64,000 bases of DNA from an uncultured virus (IMG/VR IMGVR_UViG_3300010391_001807) (Duplodnaviria > Heunggongvirae > Uroviricota > Caudoviricetes). Under the pieces are notes generated by a model that worked only from the letters and a program-made list of their open reading frames with translations, was not told the DNA's origin and did no database searches. Every line of letters starts with the position of its first letter. Within the stretch, counting starts at the first letter, position 1. Below, one piece after another: positions 20,548 through 30,624 of the stretch. The stretch lies in IMG/VR virus record IMGVR_UViG_3300010391_001807; one strand, given 5' to 3'. Made by a program: the position numbers and the translations under genes.

Positions 20548-20988
20548 TTACATTCCTCTAGTTTCAAATTTCTCTTCTCTGATGATGGCCTTCAAAACAG
20601 ATTCTAATTTAGTGTTCTTAATGTAAGAAATAAATAATAAATTAGCAACCTTAATTTCCATATTACTAATTGATTGTTCATTAATTGGCACTTCAAAGCC
20701 TTCTTTATTTAAAGCTGACCATTGCTTCATCAATCTGACAAGTATTAAATCCCTTAACACCCTAGTCCTTAAAACTGGCTTATGACTGAGACTATTAACA
20801 ACCGTTGCCTGCTCCAAAATATCACTGAATACCCCTGAACTCGGCTGGCAAAATTCAGTCTTTAAAATCTTCCAACCATCTTGAGGAATGTCGGAAACAT
20901 CAGTATATAACAGGGTGTCTCCATCAAAAACTTGTTGGTAATAAATGACAATCGGAAAGGTCTGGCTCTCATCAACAAAAATACTCAT
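20548..20988 (-). CDS. Putative tail assembly chaperone
   Basis: LILVRLMKQWSALNKEGFEVPINEQSISNM resembles TAC proteins; RBS-supported start MSIFVD at 20988 (track start 21042 lies within the repeat). Confidence 0.5.
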   Translation of the reverse strand: MSIFVDESQTFPIVIYYQQVFDGDTLLYTDVSDIPQDGWKILKTEFCQPSSGVFSDILEQATVVNSLSHKPVLRTRVLRDLILVRLMKQWSALNKEGFEVPINEQSISNMEIKVANLLFISYIKNTKLESVLKAIIREEKFETRGM

Positions 20989-20991
20989 TTT

Positions 20992-21143
20992 ATCATCTCC
21001 TTTTATACCCAGGTCTCGGCTGGCAATAATATCAATTTTCATTCAATCATCTCCTTTTATACCCAAGGCTCGGTAGGCAATAATATCAATTTTCATTCAA
21101 TCATCTCCTTTTATACCCAAGACTCGGTAGGCAATAATATCAA
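20992..21143. repeat. 54-bp tandem repeat (~2.8 copies) spanning a stop codon and RBS
   Basis: Units begin atcatctccttttataccca at 20992, 21046 and 21100. Confidence 0.9.
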
Positions 21144-22289
21144 CTCTCCATCTGTAGCAGCCAAGATTTTCAAACTAATCTTAAACATTTTGTCTGGCAA
21201 TAACTCTGACTGGCCCAATGACCATATCGGATTGCGAATAAAAATGACCATGGGACCAAATGAAAACCACATTGATTCTCCTAAAACAACTCCAGATGGT
21301 GTGATGATTTGATTAGATGAACCACCGGCAATCCTTTGTTGTATGTCTTGGGGTACAGTGTCGGTTATCCAAACCACTTCTCCTGATATTTGTCTCGGTT
21401 TCTCGGGGTAAAAATTCCTAGCCCACAAATTCTCTTGTACTCTTTCCTGAACATGAGCGTCTCTGTCAATTCGATTTGCCCATCTTTCATGACTTTGCAT
21501 TGCAAAATTAGGCTTCAAAAAATTCTCAATCTTAAATTTTAAACTTACTAATTTTTCTTTTCCTGAAGTATCTGGGAAATTATATCCTTTCAGTAAATCA
21601 CTACTACCACCACTAACTAAAGCAAACTGCCCATTTACTGGCGTTCCTTCGGCATTAGCTACTGCCATTCCACAATCCGTTGAATATACTTGTCTCATAG
21701 GGGCATTAGCCCCTACGCCAGTTGACAAAGTTACCATTAAGTTCCTTACGTTGGGAGCATCTTCAGTCCATAGTTTTTTAGCAACAATGCCATAATTTAC
21801 TACAACTTGTTCATTGGAATTAGCAACAAACTCAATGGAATCCGCCATACATTCAGAAAATACACCATAGATGTCAGAAAAAATGGAAAATTGTGGAGCA
21901 AAAACACTTCCTGGGATTCCAGGAACACCACTCCCATCATTCGGTGCTGTATAAGCATAACCAGACCATGCATGACGACAACCTTCATATATTCGAGCCC
22001 CAGTATAATCTGGAGAACCATCAATTCTTGCTAACATTTTTTGTTGAATATTACCAGAAATTATGATAGGTTTAATACCAAAAATGTTTCTGTCTGGTAA
22101 ACCGTTAATGTATTCTCCGGTTTCGGTTTCATATCTCGGGTATAAATTAAAATCTGAACAATAAAAGAAATTAGCTGGAACAGCATCTCCACTCACAACT
22201 GTAGGATGATCATCGGTTTTAGGGCTATATAAAACTATAGCCGAATTACCCCAATAGCCTTCATCATATATTGCTGGTACATATGTCAT
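21111..22289 (-). CDS. Tail tube-like protein (paralog 1)
   Basis: LVSLKFKIENFLKPNF...PRQISGEVVW...FKISLKILA; RBS-supported ATG at 22289. Confidence 0.55.
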   Translation of the reverse strand: MTYVPAIYDEGYWGNSAIVLYSPKTDDHPTVVSGDAVPANFFYCSDFNLYPRYETETGEYINGLPDRNIFGIKPIIISGNIQQKMLARIDGSPDYTGARIYEGCRHAWSGYAYTAPNDGSGVPGIPGSVFAPQFSIFSDIYGVFSECMADSIEFVANSNEQVVVNYGIVAKKLWTEDAPNVRNLMVTLSTGVGANAPMRQVYSTDCGMAVANAEGTPVNGQFALVSGGSSDLLKGYNFPDTSGKEKLVSLKFKIENFLKPNFAMQSHERWANRIDRDAHVQERVQENLWARNFYPEKPRQISGEVVWITDTVPQDIQQRIAGGSSNQIITPSGVVLGESMWFSFGPMVIFIRNPIWSLGQSELLPDKMFKISLKILAATDGELILLPTESWV

Positions 22290-22321
22290 GATATTCCTTC
22301 CAATCACTCTTATTAGAAGAA

Positions 22322-22349
22322 ATTATGCGAAATCGTTTAAAATACCTGC
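22322..22349 (-). promoter_or_regulatory. Conserved phage promoter motif GCAGG-N19-TAAT
   Basis: GCAGG tattttaaacgatttcgca TAAT. Confidence 0.7.
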
Positions 22350-22352
22350 CTG

Positions 22353-24227
22353 CTACACATTTTGCACGGTAATCAAATCGTAGGGACTCCACATGATAGC
22401 CCCGGCCTGCATATTCAAATCAACCCCTGGGGCTATGGTAACGTCATATACTCCAATATATAAATCATTTAGTGTTCCAACAGCAAATTTCGTGCTTCTT
22501 GCTGTTCCACGAGGAACAGTCACGGTCTGAGCAGTCCCAATGGTATTATCACTTTTAATCCCATAAATAGTTAGAACAACCTCATTTTGAATAGTCGTGT
22601 CTTGGGTAAATGATGGGTTCAACCCCTGCCCCGCAATGAACAAATTTAAATTACCACTAGTTGGAGGTACATATACTTGTAGCTGAACTGGATTAACCAC
22701 TCGATTACCAGTAAACCAAACCCCTCTATTAACTGTCAGCCCACTAGTGTTTCCAAAATCAGAATAAGAATTAGTAATTAGAGCACCAGCCGTAGTCAAA
22801 CGATGTTCTAAGAAATTAACACCAGACATCCCCATCCGATAAACATGATAATATAACGCTCCAACCACTGCAGTCCATGTCAAATCAACCCTATTCAATG
22901 GCCCAGATGAAGCTGGAATGACTACCGACACAGCCTGACTAGGTGATGTTTCCCCAGAAACAGTTACTGCTGTCACTCGATAAATCCAAGTCCCGTAAGA
23001 AAGATTCCCTTGCAAATATGATACCACAGATGCATAAGTCCCACTTAAACCAGCGGGAGGGCTCCCAAAAGTAGCAGTACCCCCAAAAATGTCTCCTCTA
23101 AAAATGGAAAAAGTGTTGAGTAATTCTTGCCCATATAATCTGTAGTGAGCATCTTTAAAATCATCAGAAAACTCAAACCTAGTTATCCCATTGAAGGATT
23201 CTCCCCTCAAAAAATTAGATTGAGAAACAAATGGTCTATTGTTCCAATAAGTTGCAAAATCAGCACCAGTTTCTACCGAGGAAAACTCTCTGAGGGCATT
23301 GATTACAGCCACGGAAGAACCACTGGTAGAGATGGAGGTCAAAGTATATAAAACACTATTGGCAGCAGTTTGAATGCTGACCTTCTCCGTAGAAGTAAAC
23401 AAATCAACCGCTGGAACATCAATGAATGTTCTCATGTCTTCAATGTTAACGATGCTTGGGGTTCTTGGTACATCAACAGTGTTAGGATTGGTCACCAGAC
23501 CTCTGGAAATTATTATGTAATCAACTTCAGAGATTGGAGGGTAATACTGAAATGTACTAGGATCTCCCCCGCTTTGATAAGTTGCTGAAACTGGCAAACC
23601 AAAAATGATTTGAGGAACTAATGGTTTGCTGACAAAAGTAATGGCTCCCGCACTATGACTACTAACTACAGCCCCATTATTATAGTTTGGAGCAATTAAA
23701 GCTCTACTATTCACCGTGTCAATGGACCAAATTAAAATATCCTCGCTACCAATGGTAATATGAAATGGTGGGGTATAAGATGATAATAGAGTAACATCAT
23801 CTAATTCGAGATAAATATCGGTATTAGCTACTACCGAGGTAGTCAATTTAGTTCTATAGGATAACGCCGTGGCAGCTAAATCGGCTCGATTAAACACAAC
23901 GACGAAGCCATATTGGTAAGAACCATCGAATGGATATTGAAATGTCTTAGAAATCGAAACAACATATGATAAGAAATTATATTGATTATAATCATATACC
24001 ACCACTCCATCAGCGACAGTAATCGTATTAGTCCCTGCGGTAGCTGCACACCCTGACAGAATGCCATTCTCTGCCGCTTCACCATTAGTGTAGTTAATTA
24101 ACTTTTGATTTTCATACATCATACTTCCAGGTGTATTTAAATCACCAATGGCATCTTGTTCCTGGATATAAGCCCGTCCAACAATGTCTGATAATTCCTT
24201 CATTTGTTCGTCTGTTATAATTGCCAT
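22353..24227 (-). CDS. Virion structural protein with fibronectin-III-like domain
   Basis: RBS-supported start MAIITDEQ at 24227; YRVTAVTVSGETSPS...LTWTAVVGALYYHVYR motif. Confidence 0.6.
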   Translation of the reverse strand: MAIITDEQMKELSDIVGRAYIQEQDAIGDLNTPGSMMYENQKLINYTNGEAAENGILSGCAATAGTNTITVADGVVVYDYNQYNFLSYVVSISKTFQYPFDGSYQYGFVVVFNRADLAATALSYRTKLTTSVVANTDIYLELDDVTLLSSYTPPFHITIGSEDILIWSIDTVNSRALIAPNYNNGAVVSSHSAGAITFVSKPLVPQIIFGLPVSATYQSGGDPSTFQYYPPISEVDYIIISRGLVTNPNTVDVPRTPSIVNIEDMRTFIDVPAVDLFTSTEKVSIQTAANSVLYTLTSISTSGSSVAVINALREFSSVETGADFATYWNNRPFVSQSNFLRGESFNGITRFEFSDDFKDAHYRLYGQELLNTFSIFRGDIFGGTATFGSPPAGLSGTYASVVSYLQGNLSYGTWIYRVTAVTVSGETSPSQAVSVVIPASSGPLNRVDLTWTAVVGALYYHVYRMGMSGVNFLEHRLTTAGALITNSYSDFGNTSGLTVNRGVWFTGNRVVNPVQLQVYVPPTSGNLNLFIAGQGLNPSFTQDTTIQNEVVLTIYGIKSDNTIGTAQTVTVPRGTARSTKFAVGTLNDLYIGVYDVTIAPGVDLNMQAGAIMWSPYDLITVQNV

Positions 24228-24237
24228 ATTTTTACCT

Positions 24238-25167
24238 CTATGGTATAGTTGGGGTGAATAAAAGGTTATAGTAATACTTAACGTTACTAGGCAAGCTTCT
24301 GCCACCAGTAGTCCAATAAGTATAAAATGGGGTTGCACCCATTCCCCACACCGCAGCATTAACTATATTATACATTAGTAAATTAACCAAACTAGAGTCA
24401 TACCCCTGTACCAATATGTTTTTAATATTTTTATAAACGTTCATGGCAAAAAACATGAAGTTATAATATGGTTGGCCTTCAGAGAAAGGATACAAGTCCT
24501 TCTTATTAACTGAATAAAATTCATAATCGTTCTTATTATTGACATCAAGGATAAATCTAGAAACTAAAATCCGGTTAGTAGGCGTTGCAACCCAAAAATC
24601 ACTGTTGTAATATTTATCACTCAAAGCGGCCTGGATTATGCTGGTAGTATCAACCCCTTCTTTATTTATGGCCCTAACTGGATATGAAGTTGTCAGTTGC
24701 CCCAATAAAGTAGTCTCAAAAGCATCAGAAGCAACATTATAGAATATCGCACCAGGGATTAACAAATCCACCATGTCGTCAGTCAAATAAGGGGCTACTT
24801 TATAAGCATACAATTGGCCACCGAGAGGCTCTATGTTAATAATCTTGGTCCCATCAAAAATATTACCTCTGGTCACCACCCAATCATGGGCAACAGTATT
24901 AGCAAATAAACTCTGAGGAGGTCCAACCGGCCCATAGAATAGTCCCCAAGTATCACCCAACTGCCCTATCTGACAAACATCTAAACCAAAAATGATACCC
25001 TGAGTAAAAACAGTTCTCTCCATTCCAACGATGGTAGATTCTATCATATTAAGCAATTCAATTACTGTTGTATGATCAGTATTATCTATCTTCTCTCGCA
25101 TGGAAGCAAAGAAATCATCTAAACTGTTAACAAAATTTAATAAGGCTGTATCCTGACTAATTGCCAT
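24238..25167 (-). CDS. Hypothetical virion protein
   Basis: 309-aa ORF in the structural operon. Confidence 0.6.
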   Translation of the reverse strand: MAISQDTALLNFVNSLDDFFASMREKIDNTDHTTVIELLNMIESTIVGMERTVFTQGIIFGLDVCQIGQLGDTWGLFYGPVGPPQSLFANTVAHDWVVTRGNIFDGTKIINIEPLGGQLYAYKVAPYLTDDMVDLLIPGAIFYNVASDAFETTLLGQLTTSYPVRAINKEGVDTTSIIQAALSDKYYNSDFWVATPTNRILVSRFILDVNNKNDYEFYSVNKKDLYPFSEGQPYYNFMFFAMNVYKNIKNILVQGYDSSLVNLLMYNIVNAAVWGMGATPFYTYWTTGGRSLPSNVKYYYNLLFTPTIP

Positions 25168-25168
25168 A

Positions 25169-28100
25169 TTAAGAACTCCTCACCACAAATGCTTCGGCTG
25201 GTCCATATCCGTAAAATGGGTCCGTTTTGAATGCATAACGATCAACCCACAATAAATCAATTCCGATGAATACCTCTGTATCTAATAAGACTGGAGCCGC
25301 AGTTCCAGCAGGTAATAACAAGTTTACAACTTTTTTACTATTATCCCACTTCACACATACGGCTGTGATATACATGTCGTGTTCTGTAGGTAGATATTGT
25401 ACCCCACTATTATCTATTGCTAATGGAAATATCTTGAATTGTTTTGGAGTATCAACTCTTCTGGAGGTCCAGCCGATGTAACCATCAACCAAATTAGCAT
25501 AACCAGATCTCCAAGTATTGACTGCAGGGAAATCATAAGAATTAGCAACATTAAATCCAGCAAATGGTTGTAACCCCGACAAGAAACCATAAAATCTAAA
25601 CATTGATCCAGAATTACTCAAAATATAACTATCACTAGCCCCAGCAATATAGAACGCATCAACCGTTGTCTCAGCAGCTACTAAATCAGACCCTGCCAAT
25701 TCTTCCGTTGGAACGGCTGTTACTAATCCGATTACATCCACGAAACGATATAACTGATAGGTTGCATCATAAGTAGGATTAGTTGAAACCGCCCATTCAT
25801 ACCCACCCGCTCCATCACTCTGATACATCCATCTCACCTCAGCATCAGTAGGAATATAAGTGACTTGATAAACAGCCTCATTTACTGGGTAAGCATAACT
25901 TAAAGCAGATGATAAAGATAAAGTGTTACCACTCATCGTCAAAACTTGCTTTATTTCATCCCCGATTTTAATGTAGAACGGAGCAGCACTAAAAATGGTT
26001 GAGGCATCAGCCGCATAAATTGTGGTATCGCCTACAACAGCAGCCGTCGTCAAGAAACTACTAATATCAGTAATTCCATATGAATGAATACTATTGTCAG
26101 CATAAGCCCATTCAACATAGTTATTAGCATCTACTCCTACATCCACCGAGAACGGATTTTCCACTACTAAAACCAATGCATATCTATCGTTCTTGGTCAA
26201 ACTATTAGGAGTCTTGAAGATAAATTCAACCCACTCAAAATCTCCACTTAATTTATCATAATTTACAATATCTGAACTTTGCATGATACTTAACGGTTTT
26301 TTGGTCATGGAGTCCGTAACATTGATAGTTAACATCATTCTCGCTGTTGGGACGCCATTCAATTTTAATTTTAGTTTGACCGAATAAATCTTATCATAAG
26401 CACCGGCAAAGTCAGCGATGAAAGTCGTGGCTAATGAAAAATTGGCGTTGTTCAAAGAAAATTGAGCAGTTGATCCTGCATCATTTTCTTGCTTCTGTAA
26501 GATGTAAACAGATTCTGGATGGGTGTTAATATAATCAAAACGATCAACTGTCACGTCATTTTGAACAAAACTCTGATAATGCCAATCATCATTGACTTTA
26601 AAACCCCATCGAGGAATAACTCCCGTTGATGGATCAAAATAAGCAGGATCCCCACCCCAAAAACTAATAGTTGTTTTCCAATCAGGTACACCAGAAGTAT
26701 TATATAAACTAACCGCCATAATTAACTCATCCATGCTATAAATCAAATTACTCAACGTGCGAGTATCTGGTTCATCAAACCCACCATACACATATTCCTG
26801 GTTAGTAATGGCATCAGCAATGGCTTGATTAGCACGGTTGACTCTTACCGGGTCCCCTGAATTTAAATCATCATAATATTGGATATTCAAAGCCGCCACA
26901 AACTCGTCATATAAAGGTAATGCCTGGTTTCTTGGTTTAAATTGTTTCATTTGGATGGGATGATTCTCCCCAGACATGGCGTCAGGGATTAAAACGGTAC
27001 GCCCATACATGACCCATTGGTCCATGGTATCCAACTTAGCTGGCCATAAATATACATCGGGACTTAATCCACGGGCTACTAAAGTTGATGCCTCATCATC
27101 TGTAATCCAAAATTTACTAGCTGATAAGAAAAGGTCTTTTCTGATACTGTCGTTTTTAATACTTCTAAATTTAAATCTTAATGAATAATCATAATTTAAC
27201 TTAGGAACTATCATATATTCGTGGCAACTATTAGCAATTGGAAAATTAAGTTCTAACTGCGTAGGAATATAAACCTTCTTACTATCATAACAGGTTATTC
27301 CAAAATTAGAATTAGTATCATCGGCATAAAAGGTAGCTAAAATAGTTGAAAGCTGACCACTAACATAGGTGGCCATAACATTCCTTAAGCCTTCAACAAA
27401 TTCTAATTGTTGATAATCTGAAATCATATTATTAGTAATATATTGATATAAATTATTTACTGGTGTAAAAACAGGGGCTGGTGTCACCGGGTGTAATGTT
27501 GGACTCTTCCAATACATATTCAACTTAGCAAAATTATCAACATTATTAAGCAATGATGTGGCATTATACATCATCCCCCCAGTAGCATCTGCTACCACTG
27601 GAGTCAAGGTTAATATTGGTAGAATAAGAGTGGGAGCGATGAAAGGAATAAAATTTTGCATGTCTTTATTATCATAAATATAGTTATACATAAAACTAAT
27701 GAATGATTCATTTTTAATTAGTTCATCGCCATATGACGCTGTATACTCCATGTATTCTATGAAACTATCTGGTCTATAAGCCACTTGATGCACATCAGAC
27801 ATAACTTTAACAATTAACTTAGCAAACAAAATATAACCATCTAACACTGGCGGATACCATGTAAAATCTGACCACTTGTCAGGTTGAAATTCAGACGGTA
27901 CAACTGGCCCCAATACGACTTTCATGTCTGTGATGGAACCTGCAGAAGACTGATAACAAATGATAACGCCTTGGACATCATCCTTTGGAGGGTTGAAAAT
28001 TCCTCTATCAATGCTATATCCATATGCCCACACATTACCAATCATAGGTAAATTATAAGTAAATAATGGGTCTAGTGATCCTTGCATGGCTGGTAAGCGA

Positions 28101-29056
28101 TAAAAAATAGGATTAGGATCATCATAATGTTGAGGGCTTCCATCAACCATTTCATAGCGAGTCGTCAAATAATTCTTGACATATTGTGGCCCCAAATTCT
28201 TAAAATTAACTAAATCATATCTATTAACATCAAACAATTCTCTAGCTAATGGAGGATCTCCATCGTTAAAAGTTAAAAATGAAGTAATATCATCAATCGA
28301 GAATGTATCATCGGGAGGAGACGTTCCTGCCAAAGCATCAGGAGACATCCAATAGATCATGTAATAACAGGAATCAGTATTGTTTAAATCATGGCCACTA
28401 TTCAATCCAACTTGGATGATGATATTATTCCCACTAATCTGTCTAGGAACTTCAAAAACAATTCCCGCTGGATCATTACTACCATCAACCGTTGTGAAGC
28501 GATAAACTCTGATGTCATATTTATCAGTAGGTCTTAAGGTTTCAGAAATGATTTGGGCATTAGTAAATTGAAAAGTCTTGGTGTAGACTGCACTAATGGA
28601 AGAATCTACTTTAAGACAGACCCCTTTTAAAAAGACTACCATTTGAGCCGCATTATAAATGGGATAATCAGGTAATAAAGAATTTGCCACAGGCCAACCA
28701 TCCCATGCCGGATATATAGAGGTCCCGTTAGGACATGGGCACCAATCAACATCAAATGTTCCAGTGGGATATAAATGAGCATCTCTTCGTTCATTAGTCA
28801 AATCACAGTTAATGTATCCGAATACTACATTATCATTAAAACCATTCAAAAACAAAGGGTGAGGATAATTTACCAATCCAGACAGAGGAAATGAAACCAG
28901 ATGGAAATAATCCAGAGAACCAAAAGTGCGAGTATAAAGAATAAACCTATCGTTATTTATGCCAACAAAAGGTTCATAACTATAATAATCTAATAAAGAC
29001 TGGAAACTATTTCCTATGGTTTGCTGGACAAAATCCACTCCAGTTCGCTCTGCCAT
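25169..29056 (-). CDS. Large virion structural protein
   Basis: ~1295-aa ORF with RBS AAGGAG; Tyr/Asp-rich beta-type composition. Confidence 0.6.
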   Translation of the reverse strand: MAERTGVDFVQQTIGNSFQSLLDYYSYEPFVGINNDRFILYTRTFGSLDYFHLVSFPLSGLVNYPHPLFLNGFNDNVVFGYINCDLTNERRDAHLYPTGTFDVDWCPCPNGTSIYPAWDGWPVANSLLPDYPIYNAAQMVVFLKGVCLKVDSSISAVYTKTFQFTNAQIISETLRPTDKYDIRVYRFTTVDGSNDPAGIVFEVPRQISGNNIIIQVGLNSGHDLNNTDSCYYMIYWMSPDALAGTSPPDDTFSIDDITSFLTFNDGDPPLARELFDVNRYDLVNFKNLGPQYVKNYLTTRYEMVDGSPQHYDDPNPIFYRLPAMQGSLDPLFTYNLPMIGNVWAYGYSIDRGIFNPPKDDVQGVIICYQSSAGSITDMKVVLGPVVPSEFQPDKWSDFTWYPPVLDGYILFAKLIVKVMSDVHQVAYRPDSFIEYMEYTASYGDELIKNESFISFMYNYIYDNKDMQNFIPFIAPTLILPILTLTPVVADATGGMMYNATSLLNNVDNFAKLNMYWKSPTLHPVTPAPVFTPVNNLYQYITNNMISDYQQLEFVEGLRNVMATYVSGQLSTILATFYADDTNSNFGITCYDSKKVYIPTQLELNFPIANSCHEYMIVPKLNYDYSLRFKFRSIKNDSIRKDLFLSASKFWITDDEASTLVARGLSPDVYLWPAKLDTMDQWVMYGRTVLIPDAMSGENHPIQMKQFKPRNQALPLYDEFVAALNIQYYDDLNSGDPVRVNRANQAIADAITNQEYVYGGFDEPDTRTLSNLIYSMDELIMAVSLYNTSGVPDWKTTISFWGGDPAYFDPSTGVIPRWGFKVNDDWHYQSFVQNDVTVDRFDYINTHPESVYILQKQENDAGSTAQFSLNNANFSLATTFIADFAGAYDKIYSVKLKLKLNGVPTARMMLTINVTDSMTKKPLSIMQSSDIVNYDKLSGDFEWVEFIFKTPNSLTKNDRYALVLVVENPFSVDVGVDANNYVEWAYADNSIHSYGITDISSFLTTAAVVGDTTIYAADASTIFSAAPFYIKIGDEIKQVLTMSGNTLSLSSALSYAYPVNEAVYQVTYIPTDAEVRWMYQSDGAGGYEWAVSTNPTYDATYQLYRFVDVIGLVTAVPTEELAGSDLVAAETTVDAFYIAGASDSYILSNSGSMFRFYGFLSGLQPFAGFNVANSYDFPAVNTWRSGYANLVDGYIGWTSRRVDTPKQFKIFPLAIDNSGVQYLPTEHDMYITAVCVKWDNSKKVVNLLLPAGTAAPVLLDTEVFIGIDLLWVDRYAFKTDPFYGYGPAEAFVVRSS

Positions 29057-29071
29057 AATCAAAACTCCTTT

Positions 29072-29878
29072 TTAATAAGTTGTAACATTGTTGGGTCCAA
29101 ATATGTGGATTGGATCTATCTCTTTGGCAGAGACTTTAATCTGAGAACCTCTTAAATATTGATTGTTAAGTTTAGCAACAAAACCATATGAGACATTATC
29201 TGTTTTAACAAAAGATAAAAATCTAACTGGTTGTATGTATGTGTTCCGATATTCAGCTAATAAATCTTGGTCAGAGGTCGTAAAAGAATGCCCATGACGA
29301 GTAAAAGTGATAGGGGTGGGAGAGCCAATGGTGCCTGATTCAAAAAACCGATAATAAGCAGCAGCATACTTTTCTGGGTCATTCAATGTTGGGGGTGTGG
29401 GAGTAACACCACCGCCTTGAGCAGTGTGGGTCACATTCCAACGCTGTTGCCATTCAGTATCAATGGTTGTCGCATAACTATTAAGAACCGAATGGGTCAT
29501 CAAATGTGTGGGATTCAAAAAATCTGCCCCACATAAAAAACATGGCTCAAACACCCACATCTTGGTATGTTGTCTAAAAATCCTTTCAATCATGGTGGTT
29601 AGTCTATACAACATAACTGCAGCATCATCCCCTTCATCCATTTGGGTATATCCTAAAATACTAAACTGCCAATCCTTTTGATAGGCATGGAAGGTCACAA
29701 ATTCATTCCCCATCTCTTCACCATCAAAAGCAACAGCAGGAAGTTTATTCTCAGCTATGACTGCCCTATCTCCAATATACCAAGAAAGGGGTTTCCCGAA
29801 AATAGACGCTAAACCGGCAGTATTGGTGGGACAATTAGTTCTGACAATCTCTCTTGAGGTTATTAAAATTCTTTGCAT
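29072..29878 (-). CDS. Putative tail terminator/neck protein
   Basis: WYIGDRAVIAENKLPAVAFDG...WQFSILGY pattern; located after the adaptor gene. Confidence 0.45.
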   Translation of the reverse strand: MQRILITSREIVRTNCPTNTAGLASIFGKPLSWYIGDRAVIAENKLPAVAFDGEEMGNEFVTFHAYQKDWQFSILGYTQMDEGDDAAVMLYRLTTMIERIFRQHTKMWVFEPCFLCGADFLNPTHLMTHSVLNSYATTIDTEWQQRWNVTHTAQGGGVTPTPPTLNDPEKYAAAYYRFFESGTIGSPTPITFTRHGHSFTTSDQDLLAEYRNTYIQPVRFLSFVKTDNVSYGFVAKLNNQYLRGSQIKVSAKEIDPIHIFGPNNVTTY

Positions 29879-29887
29879 TATTTACAC

Positions 29888-30142
29888 CTATTTTATCTTT
29901 TTACTAATAGCTTCTATCTTAGATCTTTCATCAGCAGTAGCATCAGATAAAGGATAATATCCCAACTGCTCCGCATCTCCAGTTAGTGCTTTAGGATAAG
30001 ACCCATTTAAATAACCTCTCAAAGATGCTAAAATTGTGGTTGCTAAGTCCGGTAAAATCCTAGCCCCTTTATGTATGAAATTTCGGGTTATTTTTGGTTC
30101 TTCTTGTTTATTCTTAAACTCATGGAAATTAAAGACTCCCAT
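29888..30142 (-). CDS. Small hypothetical protein
   Basis: 84-aa ORF coupled to the adaptor gene; FNF-type leader. Confidence 0.55.
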   Translation of the reverse strand: MGVFNFHEFKNKQEEPKITRNFIHKGARILPDLATTILASLRGYLNGSYPKALTGDAEQLGYYPLSDATADERSKIEAISKKIK

Positions 30143-30624
30143 TAAAATTGTCCTTGTTGCGGTGGTTCTTTAGCTGGATATGGTGGGACTTGGTGCCAAG
30201 GGGCTCTAGAGAAACGACTTCCCAATTGCCCGTTCTCACCAATAATTCGAATGTTTCCCCTGACTATCTCATTCAAAGTTGCTGTAGCTTGTTTATAATG
30301 ATTTTCAATGAAATCTCCACCAGCTTTGTCAGCACCAGTTAATCTCTCTTCCCAAATGAATTTCGCTGCTATACGAGCCGCAATGGATGGAACTGGAGGT
30401 GGATATGATACTAAACCGCCCTGGTTTAACTTCTTTAAAGGGACCATGTAGATAGAAGATAATTCACCATCTATATACTGTGATGCCTGTCCAATATAAC
30501 TATCTATATCTATTAGAGTGAGAGATTCGGGGTTAGGATCTAAAAAGCTAGGTGTAGGGTTATCCCCCTCAACAGATAACGCTTGGGCTAAATACAATTT
30601 AACTTCTGCGACTGTACAATACAT
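30142..30624 (-). CDS. Head-tail adaptor, Mu gp36/DUF1320-like
   Basis: MYCTVAEV...IGQASQYIDGELSSIYMVPL...IAARIA...HYKQATATLNEIVRG. Confidence 0.75.
   Translation of the reverse strand: MYCTVAEVKLYLAQALSVEGDNPTPSFLDPNPESLTLIDIDSYIGQASQYIDGELSSIYMVPLKKLNQGGLVSYPPPVPSIAARIAAKFIWEERLTGADKAGGDFIENHYKQATATLNEIVRGNIRIIGENGQLGSRFSRAPWHQVPPYPAKEPPQQGQF

Noticed and set aside
20992..21143. Possible CRISPR mini-array
   Set aside because: The units are contiguous 54-bp tandem copies with no unique spacers, and they derive from a gene end plus RBS
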